From contig OX597815.1 of assembly GCA_951406725.2 (NCBI GenBank), positions 32,364,001 through 32,428,000 on the forward strand: a DNA stretch of 64,000 nucleotides, read 5' to 3'. The translations under genes and the position numbers were made by a program. Of this stretch, positions 13,801 to 26,927 are shown piece by piece. The notes below the pieces were generated by a model. It was not told the origin of the DNA. It saw nothing but the letters and a program-made list of their open reading frames with translations, and made no database searches. Numbering within the stretch: position 1 is the first letter of the stretch; each line of letters opens with the position of its first letter. The stretch is from Octopus vulgaris (taxonomy: Eukaryota).

Positions 13801-14290
13801 CATCATCATCATCATCGTCGTTTAACGTCCGCTTTCCATGCTAGCATGGGTTGGATGATTGACTGAGGGCTGGCGAACTGGATGGCCGCACCAGGCTTCA
13901 ATCTTGATCTGGCAGAGTTTCTACAGCGGGATGCCCTTCCTAACGCCAACCACTCCGAGAGTGTAGTGGGTGCTTTTACATGGCACCAGCACGGGGCCAG
14001 TCAGGCGGTACTGGCAATGACCTCGCTCGAATCTTTTACACATGCCACCGGCACAGGTGCCAGTAAGGCGATGCTGGTAACGATCACGCTAAAATGGTGT
14101 CTTTTACGTGCCACAGTCACGGAGGCCAGATAACCGCTCTGGCAACGATCATGCTCGGATGATGCGCTTAACACCCTACTAGCACGTGGCTCGAGTGCCA
14201 GTAAGGCGACGCTGGTAATGATTACGCTCGAATGGTGCCTTTTAAGTGGCACGGAAGCCGGTTAGCCACTCTGTCAATGATCACACTCGT
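13801..14290 (-). mobile_element. RTE 3' UTR fragment with about 5 tandem modules. Other tail copies: 1-90, 1175-1451, 2740-2930, 6115-6390, 7410-7645, 8935-9090, 14835-15152, 24240-24500, 27470-27612, 57009-57385
   Basis: Shared core gagtggttggcgttaggaagggcatccagctgtagaaac...caacccatgctagcatggaaa..gacgttaaa(tga)n, identical to the end of the RT-coding copies. Confidence 0.88.
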
Positions 14291-16119
14291 GGAAACAGAT
14301 AACACTGCTTGTATGACAGTGACATACATTTACAAGTATCATGTCAAGATATGGAGGCACAAACAAACATATACATATGTACAATATATGGTGTCTTAAA
14401 AAACAGCACCCAGTACATGATGTAAGGAAGGGCATCCAGCCATCTAAAGCAGACATTCAAGTACAATGCAGTTCTTGATCCTGTCAAATCATCTAATCTA
14501 TACCAGAATGGAACAGGAACATTAAATGATAACAATAGGCTTCTTTCAGTTTTTCTCTACTACTCACCGGGCTATAGCAGAGGACACCTGCTCAAGGTGT
14601 CACAATGTGGGAATGAACCTGAAACCACAGGTTAAGGAAGTAAACTTCTCAACCGCACAGTCATGCTCTCAATCTAGAATCACAGATATTTTGGAAAATT
14701 TATTCTGCTGCCAAGAAAATCCAGTAAGAAATTTGAATCTGTAGAGAACCTTGCATGAGAAGTCCAGAAATTATGTTGAGTAAAGAAGCCTCTCAAATTT
14801 GATCTTCAAAATGTTTTGATAAACAATTTCATATCATCATCATCATCATTTAACGTCCATTTTCCATGCTAGCATGAGCTGGACGGTTCGACTGGGGTCT
14901 GGTAAGCCATGAAGGCTGCACCAGGCTCTAGTCTGATTTGGCAGTTTCTACAGCTGGATGCCCTTCCTAATGCCAACCACTCCATGAGTGTAGCGGGTGT
15001 TTTTTACGTGCCACTGGCACAGGGGCCAGAGCAGGCTAGCAAACAGCCACGATCGGTTGGTGCTTTTACGTGTCACCAACACGGACGCCAATCAGGCGGT
15101 GCTGGCATCTGCCACGTTCGGACAGTGCTTTTTACGTGTCACTGGCACAAGTGTATTAATTATCTAACATCTAATTTTTCATACTTGTTTGGCATGAATT
15201 AATTGGATTTCCTCTGGTTGGATGCCCCTCCTGGTACTATCCCTCACCTATTTCCAAGCAAGGTCAAATTTCCTTATGGCTGGACACATCTTCATGGAGG
15301 ATAGGAAATGAACATCACTTGTATGATAAAGATGCTTGTTTACAACAATCACATATCAAGTACGCCACACACACACATATCAATGTATATTTACTCTCTT
15401 TTTAATGATATAAGTTTAAACATGAAAATTTTAATTAAACTCGTGCAACTTTTATGAATATCAATAAAGCAACAAAAATGAACATCATTTAATTGAGGAA
15501 TAGTTTAGAAAGATATTTTAATATTCAATATTATACTCTAAGAAAGAAAAACTATTTGGTGATATAATCCTAAGGTTTGCTATGGTGGGCAAATGAGACG
15601 GATTATTATTAGAGATGGGAAAGTAAGTTGTGAACGGGTATTAGCTGAAATGGATTTTCCAACCTATCCCCACTGAAATAGGATCCTCACAGTGCCGTGG
15701 TCATCCTTCAATGAAATGGATATTCTGAAGGTCCTTGATAGGGCTGATCTATTTGGCATAACTGTTGAGATGCTTAACCTCTTGGCATTCGGATTACTCT
15801 ATTATATGTAATGTTTATTCATATCGTTTTCAACTAATCATTTGTCACCTTGTAGCACAGAGATCTCAATGATGTGATTGTATATTTTCAAAATGAGATT
15901 GTAGGGTAGATGTGAAAGGCAGGATCTGGCCAGTTTGAACATAAAATAGAGAATATTTGGGCTGGATATGGCAGGATTAAATGCTAATGGGTTAAAATAT
16001 TTGTTGAAGGTGGGAACAGGCTAGTCACTCAAACAGGTAATATAGGAAGATATAGATCATGCTCACGGAGCAGTTGACAATAATACTTTTATACCAATCA
16101 TCGAGTATTATATCTTCAT

Positions 16120-17520
16120 TATCATCATCATCGTTTAACGTCCGTTTTCCGCGCTAGCACGGGTTGGACGGTTTGACTGGGGTCTGAGAAGCCAGGGGCT
16201 GCACCAGGCTCCAGTCTGATCTGGCAGTGTTTCTACTGCTGGATGCCCTTCCTAACGCCAACCACTCCGCGAGTGTAGTGGGTGCTTTTTACGTGCCACC
16301 TGCACAGGTGCCAGGGGGGGGGCCGGCATCGGCCACGATCGGTTGGAGCTTTTAACGTGCCACCGGCACGGAAGCCAGCCAAGGCAGCGCTGGCAATGGT
16401 CACGTTCGGATGGTGCTTTTTATGTGCCACCGGTACTGGAGCCAGTCGAGGCAGCGCTGGCACCAGCCATGTTCGGACGGTGCTTTTTATGTGCCACCAG
16501 CACAGGTATCACAACTACTATTTCCATTGATATTTATTTCGATGTTCATGTTCATGTACTTGACTCAACAGGTCTCCTCAAGCACAGCGGGATGTTCTGG
16601 AATCCAGGGTACTTTGAATGGGCAGGGGCTATGTGGGACTGGTGCAGGAAGCAGCCCGGGTCTTTGCAGTCACAGCATATCTCCAGAGATCTCGGTCCTT
16701 CACCATTGCCTCAGTGAGGCCCAACGATCTGAGGTCATGCTTGACTACCTCATCCCATGTCTTCCTGGGTCTACCTCTCCCCCTGATACCTTCAACTGTT
16801 TGGGAGTGGCACTTCTTCACACATCTCTCCTCATCCATCCGCAGTACATGACCATACCATCGCAAGCGTCGCTCTTGCACACCACATCTGCTTCTTCTTA
16901 TGTCCAGCATTTCTCTCAGGGTGCTTACACTCTGTCGTGCGTGCACACTGACATTACACATCCAGCGGATCATGCTAGCTTCATTTCTTTCAAGTCTACG
17001 CATGTCCTCTGCAGTCACAGCCCATGTTTCACTACCGTGAAGCATGGCAGTTCACACACATGCATCATACAATCTACCTTTCACTCTGAGCGAGAGACCC
17101 TTTGTCGCCAGTAGGGGTAGGAGCTTTCTGAACTTTGTCCAGGTTATTCGTATTCTAGTGGTGACACTCTCTGAGCATCCACCTCCACTACTAACTTGGT
17201 CACCCAGGTAGCGGAAACTATCAACTACTTCTAGTTTCTTCCCTGGAGTGTGATGGAATCTGTTTTCTGAGTGTCTGTGGTGTCTATTGTCCCTGTGCAT
17301 CTGCCGTACATGAAAGCTATCTTATCAGTTAATTTCCCTTTGATGTTGCTGCACCTCTTATGCGTCCATAACTTACATTGGGTGCATCTTATGGAGTTTC
17401 TACCTACACCTTTCCTACAGATCGAGCAGGGCCACCTGCCCGAGGGGGTGTTGTGCTGAGTTCGCCTTTCTGCTTACTATAACTTTGGTCATTGCTACAT
17501 TTACTCTTTGATTCTAACTC
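16120..17520 (-). mobile_element. 5'-truncated RTE LINE copy (PHD, C-terminus, 4-unit 3' UTR array, (GAT)n tail)
   Basis: WPCSICRKGVG, FRYLGDQVSSGGG, MLHGSETW, RRLRWYGHV, GRGRPRKTW; (CAT)n on the plus strand near 16120. Confidence 0.92.
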
Positions 17521-18891
17521 TTGCTACCTTCTATGTCCGATGTCTGAAGCTCCTCCTCCCTCTCATCAAAATTTCTTGATGAGGATGTCCCTAAATCTCT
17601 GACCATGTGAAGGGTTCTTTAGCTTCCTGTAGCATTTATTTGAGTGACAAGCCTGTTTCCACCTTTGCCAAATATTTATTCAAATAGTTATTATGGATTG
17701 CAAGGCAGTAGGCAAGAAAAAATCGGGAGAAGAGTATACAGAAATATAATGGGAGATTTACTCTTAGTGGTGCTGAAAGAAGCACAGAAGTGCTATTAAA
17801 AGAGGTTGATGGATGAGAGCAACACAACAAAGAGAGGTCTTCCTCAAATACACTAAAAAGAACGACCAGCCAATCAAGTGACAGCAATGTGTTAGCTAGT
17901 GGTGTTTAGGTTATGAAGGCAGCTGGAACTGCTACTGATGATAATGTAAACCAGTTCTACTTGATGTTGGTGATTAAATTGGGAATACATTGTCAGTACA
18001 AAAAACAACTGCTATATACCAAACCAACAAATGGAGTGAGACTCTATTAAGGCTTTTGAATATAGCATTATTGATACACTTAACAACCCCACCTTGTCTC
18101 TCTCAGGTAAGAATCACGATGTTGAGAAGTATGTATGAAATGATAATGGTGCACTTGCTCTTATTGACACCAAAAAGAAAGAGGCTTTCCAGTGTGGAAA
18201 ATGTGTGTGTGAGAGAGAGAGAGAAAGTCCATCTTAAATAGACTCAACAGCGAGACTGCCCTTTCCTCTGAGCCAGAAAGTGAAGTGAGAGAAACCTCTT
18301 GATAAGTTTGAGAAACATTCAAGGTCACTTAAGTCAGTCCTGATTGTCACATAGTGGGGAAATAACAGATAAGAGTCATGTCACAGGAGTTGAAGACTAG
18401 CTGCCCGTGCAAACCCTTATGTTGCTGATGAGCTGGTTCTTATAGCTGAATCTGTAGAAGATTTAAAGGAGAACTTCCAGGCATAGAAACAAAACCTGTA
18501 ATCAAAAGGCCTTAAAGTAAATGGAGCTAACAATAAAGATTACTTAATACATGAAGTAGAGTTTATTCATATATTTGAAGCTGAAGCTTCACTCCAGCTC
18601 TACTCTAGGTTTCTTAATCCCATGTTTCACAGCAGCTGAAATTCATATATATACATAAATGAAATTTATATATATATATATGGATGAATCCCTTAAAAGG
18701 GATGAACATGCTAAATAGCTTTTATCCAGATCCTAACTACTTTCCTTTTCTTATATATGTATGTGTCTGTATATCTTCATCATACTTATGACATCAACAA
18801 TATAGATATATATTATTCAGATTGTTGTTATTCACCAATATCATTTACCAGAAACTTATATGTTATGAAAAAGAAATTAGCTATACAATAA

Positions 18892-19103
18892 TTAAAAGGC
18901 AGATAGAATCACATCTTCATTAAGAAGGTCGGTAATATGGTCCATCATTAATAAGTACGAATTTGTGTTTTCAGTAAATTTAGGGTTCAAGTCTTTCATG
19001 TGTATCTTAAGAAGTTCAATATGTGAAAATACTCCTCCTAAGTAATACTGCAACCTTTTCTCAGCTGTCTCTTCAATTGAGGAAGAGGGATTTAGCTCAG
19101 AAC
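18892..19103 (-). CDS. SIMC1: SIMC1-like terminal coding exon
   Basis: Acceptor ttcttgttttctttgtag, phase 1 matching the 28813 donor; 70 open codons SELNPSSSIEETAEKRLQ...DVILSAF-stop; candidate AATAAA at 18567-18562. A small intermediate exon cannot be excluded. Confidence 0.7.
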
Positions 19104-19165
19104 CTACAAAGAAAACAAGAAAAAACAGGTTATGAGAAATAAGAATCTATTAACAAGATATAAAG

Positions 19166-19235
19166 CAGGGGTGGGGAAAACCCTGCCCACAGGTGCAATT
19201 GCACCCGTGAGCCCATTTTATTGTGCCCACAGGCT
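19166..19235 (+). mobile_element. hAT-like terminus fragment
   Basis: CAGGGGTGGGGAAA start followed by gcccac/gcccg-type subterminal repeats. Confidence 0.5.
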
Positions 19236-20308
19236 GATATAATCATTTGTACAAAATAAAGTAAAATTTTCAATCATAAAGAGGTAAAAATTCTCTAAAC
19301 TTTCTCCAGCTAATTTGTATTCTAGCAACTATATTTTCAACACACATACACACCAAGTTTTTTTTTTTTCCATTTCTGCAATATTCACATGCCTATTTGT
19401 GACATAAGTCGCAATTCCACTACAACTTAAAATAGAAATCATCCAGTAATTGCCAGTTTTCAGTCAAACCGTCCAACCCATGCCAGCATGGAAAACGGAT
19501 TTGAAATGATGATGATGACTCAAAGAGAGCCTCAAAAGAAAAATGTTAAGTATTAACCAATCTACATGACAGCCTTCACATATTTCTAGTAGACTTCCAC
19601 TTCCTTAATGTCAAATGGCCTGAGGGCCCCCTTTTCTCAGACATGCCACAGCATGAACAGAGGCAAGGAGAGTCTCTACTTGACTTCCCAAACATATGCT
19701 ATTCATAGAGCAAATAGTGCTCCACCCAACGAGGGGTAAAATTGTTCTTGACCTTACCCATAATGTTAAGAGTGACACTGACCATTTTCTTGGACCATAA
19801 CTTAGTAGAACAATCTATAGTCTGAAGAAAACAGTAGACATGAAAGCTACTAGAAGCATCCAATTCCTTTCCAGCCTGAACTTTCATAAAGCTGATAGGG
19901 AGGGTGTTCAGTAAGAGGCCCCGGAACAAAACTGGTTCACCAGTTTCTCTACACAAGATATTGACATAAAGCTACAGTGTTTTATGACAATCATGTACGA
20001 AATATGCAGTTAAGTTTGCTCCTGAGTAACTGCAGCCGTCTAATTAGAGGAATTAACTGTGTATTTACCAAAATATATGGGCAATACATGGGGAAATTCT
20101 ACGTCGAAAGTTATACGGACCAATTTCTAATAAGGGACAAAATATCAGAAGGGACCGGATAAGTTATTTTTCTAAGCTGTTGTTATTCATCGCTAAAAAT
20201 GTTTACAATACATTAAATGCAAGGCGCTATGCAACTGTGTTGAGTTGTTCAATTAATCATTTAAACAGTCATTCAGTCCATCTATATATTTAGTTATTTA
20301 AGTTTAGT

Positions 20309-20854
20309 GGCATTCTTTCGGATTAACTCGACGATTCAATGACAGCAATCGGTTGTTTCCGTGACAACTCGACAATTCACTTCGGATATCTTCGTGACCT
20401 CCGTGATAGCTGTTAAAATGGGAGGAGGAGGAAAAAGCTAATGGGTTGTGTGTGCGTGCGTGCTTCTTCTTGTCTATGTGTGTGTGCGTGCTTCTTGTCT
20501 GTGTGTGGGTGTGTGTGTGTGTGCGTGCTTGTTATGTATTTATGTATTGTGGAATATAGATATAACGAATTATGTCACCAAAAAGCCTTGCATACTTACA
20601 CACACAGACAAGAACAAGAACGCACGCACACACAGAAAAGAAGCGCGCACATAGACAAGAATAAGTACGCGCACACAGAGACAAGAATAAGCACGCATAC
20701 ACAACCCATGAGCTTCCTCCTCCTCCTCCCATTTTAGTAGCTGCTACAGCAGCTGCCACAGAGGTCACGAAGATATCCGAAGTAAATTGTTGAGTTGTTA
20801 CGGAAACGACCGATTGCTTGTCATTGAATCGTCGAGTTAATCCGAAAGAATGCC
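20309..20854. mobile_element. Foldback MITE with about 220-bp TIRs and 8-bp TSD
   Basis: GGCATTCTTTCGGATTAACTCGACGATTCAATGAC... matches its reverse complement at the other end; AGTTTAGT at 20301-20308 and 20855-20862. Confidence 0.9.
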
Positions 20855-21116
20855 AGTTTAGTGTTTTATTTGAGTGGAGGGATGTCTAACAGCTGATAAA
20901 TACAACTTCTGGATTCCCTCCGCATTCTTCTCGCCATACAAATTAAGGGTAAAACCACTTGTTGCCCTCACCCAGTTAATATACTCAGTAGTGTAATGAG
21001 GAAATAAACAAAGAGAGAATAAAAAACTTTTGGAGTTAGCGGTCAATATACACACATATATATTAGGTCATCAACAAGGTCATTAGAGCAAGTTCATAAG
21101 CATACAGGAGCTCTTA

Positions 21117-21147
<31 letters not shown>

Positions 21148-21976
21148 GTTAAAAAAAACACAAACTGGGACAAGAACGTGAAACATTTTGAAGACGACAA
21201 AAAAACACACAGACGGGACTTTCGAAGCTCTCAGTCATCAGTCAAGAACCAGATCATCTTCGCAATTTCGGCTGATTATGTATATATAGTTAATCCAAAC
21301 AAGAAAGCACAAAAAAAACACAACGCGAGGACGTGGAACAAATATAGTATTATTGGACAAATTATTTAAATAATTTTTTATTTTTAACTTTTATATTTTT
21401 AAATTAATTTTATGTATTGGCTTATGTTTTTCACTGTTTGATTTGCCTAATAGTGGTTTTATCTCTAATTTAATATAATATATATATATTTTTTTTTTCT
21501 TTCTTTTACTTGTTTCAGTCATTTGACTGCGGCCATGCTGGAGCACCGCCTTTAATCGAGCAACTCGACCCCGGGACTTATTCTTTTGTAAGCCCAGTAC
21601 TTATTCTATCGGTCTCTTTTGCCGAACCGCTAAGTAACGGGGACATAAACACACCAGCATCGGTTGTCAAGCAATGCTAGGGGGACAAACACAGACACAC
21701 AAACACACATATATATATATATATATGACAGGATTCTTTCAGTTTTCGTCTACCAAATCCACTCACAAGGCTTTGGTCGGCCCGAGGCTATAGTAGAAGA
21801 CACTTGCCCAAAGTGCCACGCAGTGGAGCTGAACCCGTAACTATGTGGTTGGTAAGCAAGCTACTTACCATACAGCCATTCTTGCGTCTATAAAAAGTAG
21901 TCAACTTCGGTGGACTTTGAACTCAGAACGATAAGACAGATGAAATACTGTCAAGCATTTCACCCAGCACACTAAC

Positions 21977-22490
21977 ATGTGTGTAGTGTGTGCATGCGTC
22001 TGTGTGTGAGTGTGTGTGCTTGTACGTGTATGTGCGTGTGTGTATGTATGTTTGTGTGGGGTTGTGTGTGGAGTTACATGTGCGTCCCTGTTTGTGTGTG
22101 TGTATGTGCATATATGTGCGTGTGTATGTCTATGTATGTATAGGAGGTATGTGTGCATTCATGTGCTTGTGTGTGTGTGTGCATGAGTATATGTGTATGT
22201 GTACGTGGAGCTGTGTGTGTGGAGGTATATGTGCATTCCTATGCATGTGTGCGTTGTGTGGGTGAGGTATATGTGCATTCATATTTGTGCGCATGTGCAT
22301 ATGTGTGTATGAGCGTGCATGAGGTTGTGTGTGTGGAGGTATATATGCTTTCCTGTGTGCATGCATGTGTGTGTGTGCATGTATATGCATGTCTGTGCAG
22401 ATGTGTGTGTATGTGTGTGGTGCATGAGGAGGTATATGTGCATTGATGTCTGTGCACATGCGTCTATATGTGTATATGTATGCGTGTTTA
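21977..22490. repeat. TG-rich degenerate minisatellite
   Basis: gaggtat(a)tgtgcatt recurs about 5 times, separated by variable TG-rich spacers. Confidence 0.8.
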
Positions 22491-22825
22491 CAGAAATAAA
22501 ATATAATAAGAGTGATAAAAAAAGGGGAAAAGGGGGGAGAGTACAAGATGTAAAAATGAAAAATGAATAGGAAATACAAAATATAACAGTTACAATATAA
22601 AATTAAAAAATAAAAACAAAATTTTAAATAAAAAATTGAAGAGATAACATAGAAATTAATACAATTATAAAACAATTAATACAATTAGAAAGTTTTAAAA
22701 TTCAACAGAAAAAAAAACTATAAAAAATCACAAAAAAGGTAACTGTAAAAAAAGGAAGTGGGTATAAGAGAGGATAAAATAAGATAAAATAAAATAAAAA
22801 GTTGCGTTTTTTTTAAGGAGGGTGT

Positions 22826-23195
22826 GGATGGAAGCAATCCGTGGGTTACGACAACGAGGGTTCCGGTTGATCCGAATCAATGGAACAGCCTGCTCGTGAA
22901 ATTAACGTGTAAGTGGCTGAGCACTCCACAGACACGTGTACCCTTAACGTAGTTCTCGGGGATATTCAGCATGACACAGAGAGTGACAAGGCCGGCCCTT
23001 TGAAATACAGGTACAACAGAAACAGGAAGTAAGAGTGAGAGAAAGTTGTGGTGAAGGAGTACAGCAGGGATCACCACCATCCCCTGCTGGAGCTCATGGA
23101 GCTTTAGGTGTTTTCGCTCAATAAACAGTCACAACGCCCGGTCTGGGAATCGAAACCACGATCCTATGACCGCGAGTGGGCCATTGCGCCTCCAC
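22826..23195 (-). mobile_element. tRNA(Arg-like)-derived SINE family C with 12-bp TSD
   Basis: Head ggaggcgcaatggcc..actcgcggtc, B box gtttcgattccc; TSD taaggagggtgt at 22814-22825 and 23196-23207. Confidence 0.88.
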
Positions 23196-24105
23196 TAAGG
23201 AGGGTGTAGAGATAGTTGTTAAGAGGAAGGAGTTGTATTGAGTTCAAAAGGAGTTTGTGTTTGTTGACTGAAAATGTAACGCTGTTCCAGGCAGAGTTGG
23301 GAGTATGTGAATCCGTGTTGCACGACAAGGCCAAAAACGGAGATCTTTATATATAAAAGAGAGGTTGTGTATCTGTCTCCTACGATTTAGATTCCTAACT
23401 ACTCCCACATTTTGCGGTGCAGTTTAACCAAAACCGGGTATCTTATAGTCATGATTCATATCGAGCCCTTCTGATTATTAGCGCACATCTACGATGAGTC
23501 TACGATTTAAAAAAAAAATTTACCATAATTTTTTTCCATTTTAATGCATTTTTTTCGCTATTATATAAGGGAAGTAACTCTCTAAAAATGTCTACGATGA
23601 GTCAACGATTTTTAAAATTAATTAATTAATTAATTATTAATAATTTTATCAAGCAGTGTTCAGTATGTAAAAGGACCATTTACAGTAAATTTAAACATTA
23701 CTTTATATAATTAGGGTTCAGCAAAAAAATTTGCTTCACCAGATCCTGAACTTTTAGAAATAGCAGCCAAAGAATTTAGCTATTTCCTCTACTATAAGAA
23801 GAGTCTCCCAGACAATGTATACTCACAAACAATTCACGTAGGCATAGAGGGAAAAATAACGAAAGTTCATTCAAAATTAGATTACTTGTGAATGCGTTTC
23901 TGGGTTAGTTAAATATAGAGATGCTAGAAATACATCCCTATTCCAACATTCCCTTCATCAGCACAATATTTCATTAAATTTAAATTTGAGAGCACTAAAA
24001 ATCGAACATACCCATCTGATTTGAGTAACCTCAGACAAACCACCCTCGACATCCAGTACTAACAAATTCAAAACATACGAATGAGGCTCTGCATCCTCTC
24101 CTGTC

Positions 24106-24143
<38 letters not shown>

Positions 24144-24157
24144 AATATATATACACA

Positions 24158-24200
<43 letters not shown>

Positions 24201-24555
24201 GCGTCAACATCAAAATAAAAATTCAAATGGAAATTGTAGTTAAGATACCCATGCTGGGGACACGTAAAAACCACTGTCTGAATGGGGCAGATACTAGCGT
24301 CGCCTGACTGGCATCTGTGTCAGTGACATGTAAAAAGCACCCACTACACTCAGAGTGGTTGGTATTAGGGAAGGCATCCAGCTGTAGAAACACTGCCAAA
24401 TCAGACTAGATCCTGGTGCAGCCTCCATGGCTTACCAGACCCCGGTTGAACCATCCAACCCATGCTAGCATGGAAAACAGACGTTAAATGATGATGATGA
24501 TATACACACAAACGTATATATATATATACACACACACACACACATGAACATACAT

Positions 24556-25529
24556 GTTTCTTTATTAGCCACACAGGGCTGAACACAGATGGGACAAATT
24601 ACAAAGTAGAGCTTTTATTTTTGAGGAGAAAAAAAAAAGTGGGGTAGGTTTTCATTCAAAACGGATCATAAAAAGGTAAAAAACGATCAATAGGGATCGT
24701 GTATCACAGAAATGTCATGATGTAAAGTGTAAATGGGGAAGCAGATAAGGTTTATCCGTGGAAAGAAAAGCTTATGGAAAAGACCACGGTAACCTCGGTC
24801 AATAATGTCACATGTTAACACATTTATTTGCAAGTAAGTAACTCTGTTTTAAATTTTTCCGGGTTCATAGGATTATGCTCAAGGTGGCTTCGTCATTCAT
24901 ACATGCCATCCTTGCTACGTTCACCCATCTTTTTTTGAAACATTTGCTAGACAAAACTTGCCTCTCTACTCTCACCTTCCTTTTCAAGTGATACTTGAAG
25001 AAGTTGATGAGAGATTGACCAGAGAGGAAAGTGTTTGTCTCTAATCCTTTCAGACACATCCACCAGATACATTCTTTCGCCATAGCCACAAGTATGATGA
25101 AAATAGCTCTTCCTTCCCGTTTGAAGGAAGGAGGCGTGACAATATTGATGATAGACTCGGCTGATAAACTGTCTCATCTAACACGTGACAGCAGTCATTC
25201 GACATAAGCCCACAGGTCGGAAATGGTGGGACACTGCACGAGTGCATGCAGAACGGTTTCGTCAGTCTGACCACATCTTGGGCAGGTCAGCTACATGTTT
25301 CTCGAGCCGTGTCTGTAGAGCTTATCCCGAACAGGTAGCGCTTCTTGGTAGCACTGCCAGGCCAGGGATCTCTGGAAGTTGTCCATAGGTCCTGGCCCGA
25401 AAGTCGTCCTGAACACGCAGGTCAGGTATTCCTCTTCGATGCCCAGGTTCCCCCCGAGCTCCTCATCGTACCTCCCCTCCACTAATCTCCTATAGAGTGC
25501 TTTGGTTGTGTTAAAGTCACTCAAGGTCG
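24556..25529 (-). mobile_element. 5'-truncated Tx1/L1-clade LINE (zinc-knuckle C-terminus plus 3' UTR) with TSD
   Basis: SLAWQCYQEALPVRDKL...CPRCGQTDETVLHALVQC...AKECIW; flanked by acacat(g/a)aacatacat at 24540-24555 and 25530-25545. Confidence 0.85.
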
Positions 25530-26281
25530 ACACATAAACATACATATACACAAACAAATATATACAAAAACATATATATATATATATATATAGCAAGGAA
25601 AAATTGTAAAAATGCAGAATGCTAAATTGAAAGAAAATTTTAATGTAAATGGGTGTATGGAAAAAGTTTTTGAGTCACTCAGTACAAAATAGGCTTAGTT
25701 CTGGTTAGTGCAGATAATGCAATTAGAACTATTTATACACTTGCTCTGCTGCTAATGCAGCTGGGAAGAAAATTTTCCTTATGCATTCACTTATTATTAT
25801 ATAACCTTAATCACAAAAGGTATCACTCAGTTTTTAATTGTACAATTTTCAAATCCCATTCCACATAAACAATATGTTCCATATTAACATAAATTTTTCC
25901 AGTGAAAAAAAGAAACCTGCCTGACCAGGAGCAACAATTGTATAATGTAAAAAAAAGGTCATAAAGTAAGAAAATGAAAGTAATTTCTTATGTTGATTGT
26001 AAAGGACAGATTTCAGCATTCTAAAATCAGACCATTCCACTAGTACATTCCAACACACCCACTTGCATCACATACCAGAGCAAGCACCTCTACTGTATAC
26101 CTCAGGATGATGGCTTTCATACCCAGCCTCTCTCTCTCTCTCTCTATCTATCTATCAATCTATCTGTCTAGCTAGCTAGTTATTCCCATCTTCCTAACTA
26201 TCTGTCTAGTTGTGCTCTGTTTCTCAGGCTAACATTAAACATGCAATTGATTGATAGCTCTTAACCTTTTGTGTGAAAATA

Positions 26282-26535
26282 CATGGCCTAATGGTTGGGG
26301 TGTTGCACTCACAATCATAAGATCACAGTTTCAGTTCCTAGACCGAGCAGTGTGTGGTATTCTTGAGCAAAACACTTCATTTCATGCTGTTCTAGTCCAC
26401 TCAGCCATAAATGAGTTCCCGCAATAGCTGGGAAGTTAAACCTGTGACAGTCTGGCATCCCATTAAAGGGGAATGTTGTAACTTCAGTCAAGTATATAAC
26501 ATGGAAACTGGATTAAGCTCTGGCCTTATGAGTCT
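26282..26535 (+). mobile_element. Old tRNA-derived SINE (another family)
   Basis: tggcctaatggtt A box, gtttcagttcct B box, cttgagcaaaacactt...gtccactcagc body. Confidence 0.55.
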
Positions 26536-26896
26536 TAAAGTTCATGACAGACCTAAGCCTCTCAATCTTTTGAAGTTCAGTGTCCCCTTTTCATGGAATT
26601 GCATTTTATAGATATTTTGCACACAAAAATGTTTTTACATCAAACAGAAGCTAATTTTACAGTGATTTATTGTTCCATCCAAAGTGATAATTGCATGCAC
26701 TAGTAACCCCTGTACTATAAATTTTTACAGAAATTACTAAAGAAGGCAAGAATTTATATAATAAAATTATACTGGACCTTGGCATATTATCAGCCATGTT
26801 TCTGTTCATAGATAACATATCCTCTTCATATATATATATATATATATATATACATACATACATACACACACACACCTATATGTATATATGTGTGTG

Positions 26897-26927
<31 letters not shown>

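Noticed and set aside
13965-14290. Repeat-spacer look of the ggtgctttttacgtgccacc arrays (CRISPR-like)
   Set aside because: The spacers are homologous to each other, the arrays are contiguous with RTE ORF ends and (GAT)n tails, there are no cas genes, and the context is eukaryotic.
16233-16717. Recurrent short ORFs such as MLFTCH..., LQLDALPNANHS... and MVLFMCH...
   Set aside because: Antisense translations of the RTE 3' UTR, not a gene family.
21160-21280. CTGATGA...CGAAA on the minus strand (related repeat at 58060-58180) as a hammerhead
   Set aside because: Stems I and II do not pair convincingly and the second copy lacks GAAA; kept only as an unclassified dispersed repeat.
21901-22675. 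His/Thr- and Cys/Val-rich ORFs (also at 20441, 33430, 60674)
   Set aside because: Translations of (CA)n, (TG)n and (TA)n repeats.
24011-24100. Possible intermediate exon of the SIMC1-like gene (also 27060-27100)
   Set aside because: Weak polypyrimidine tracts and phases incompatible with the flanking phase-1 junctions.
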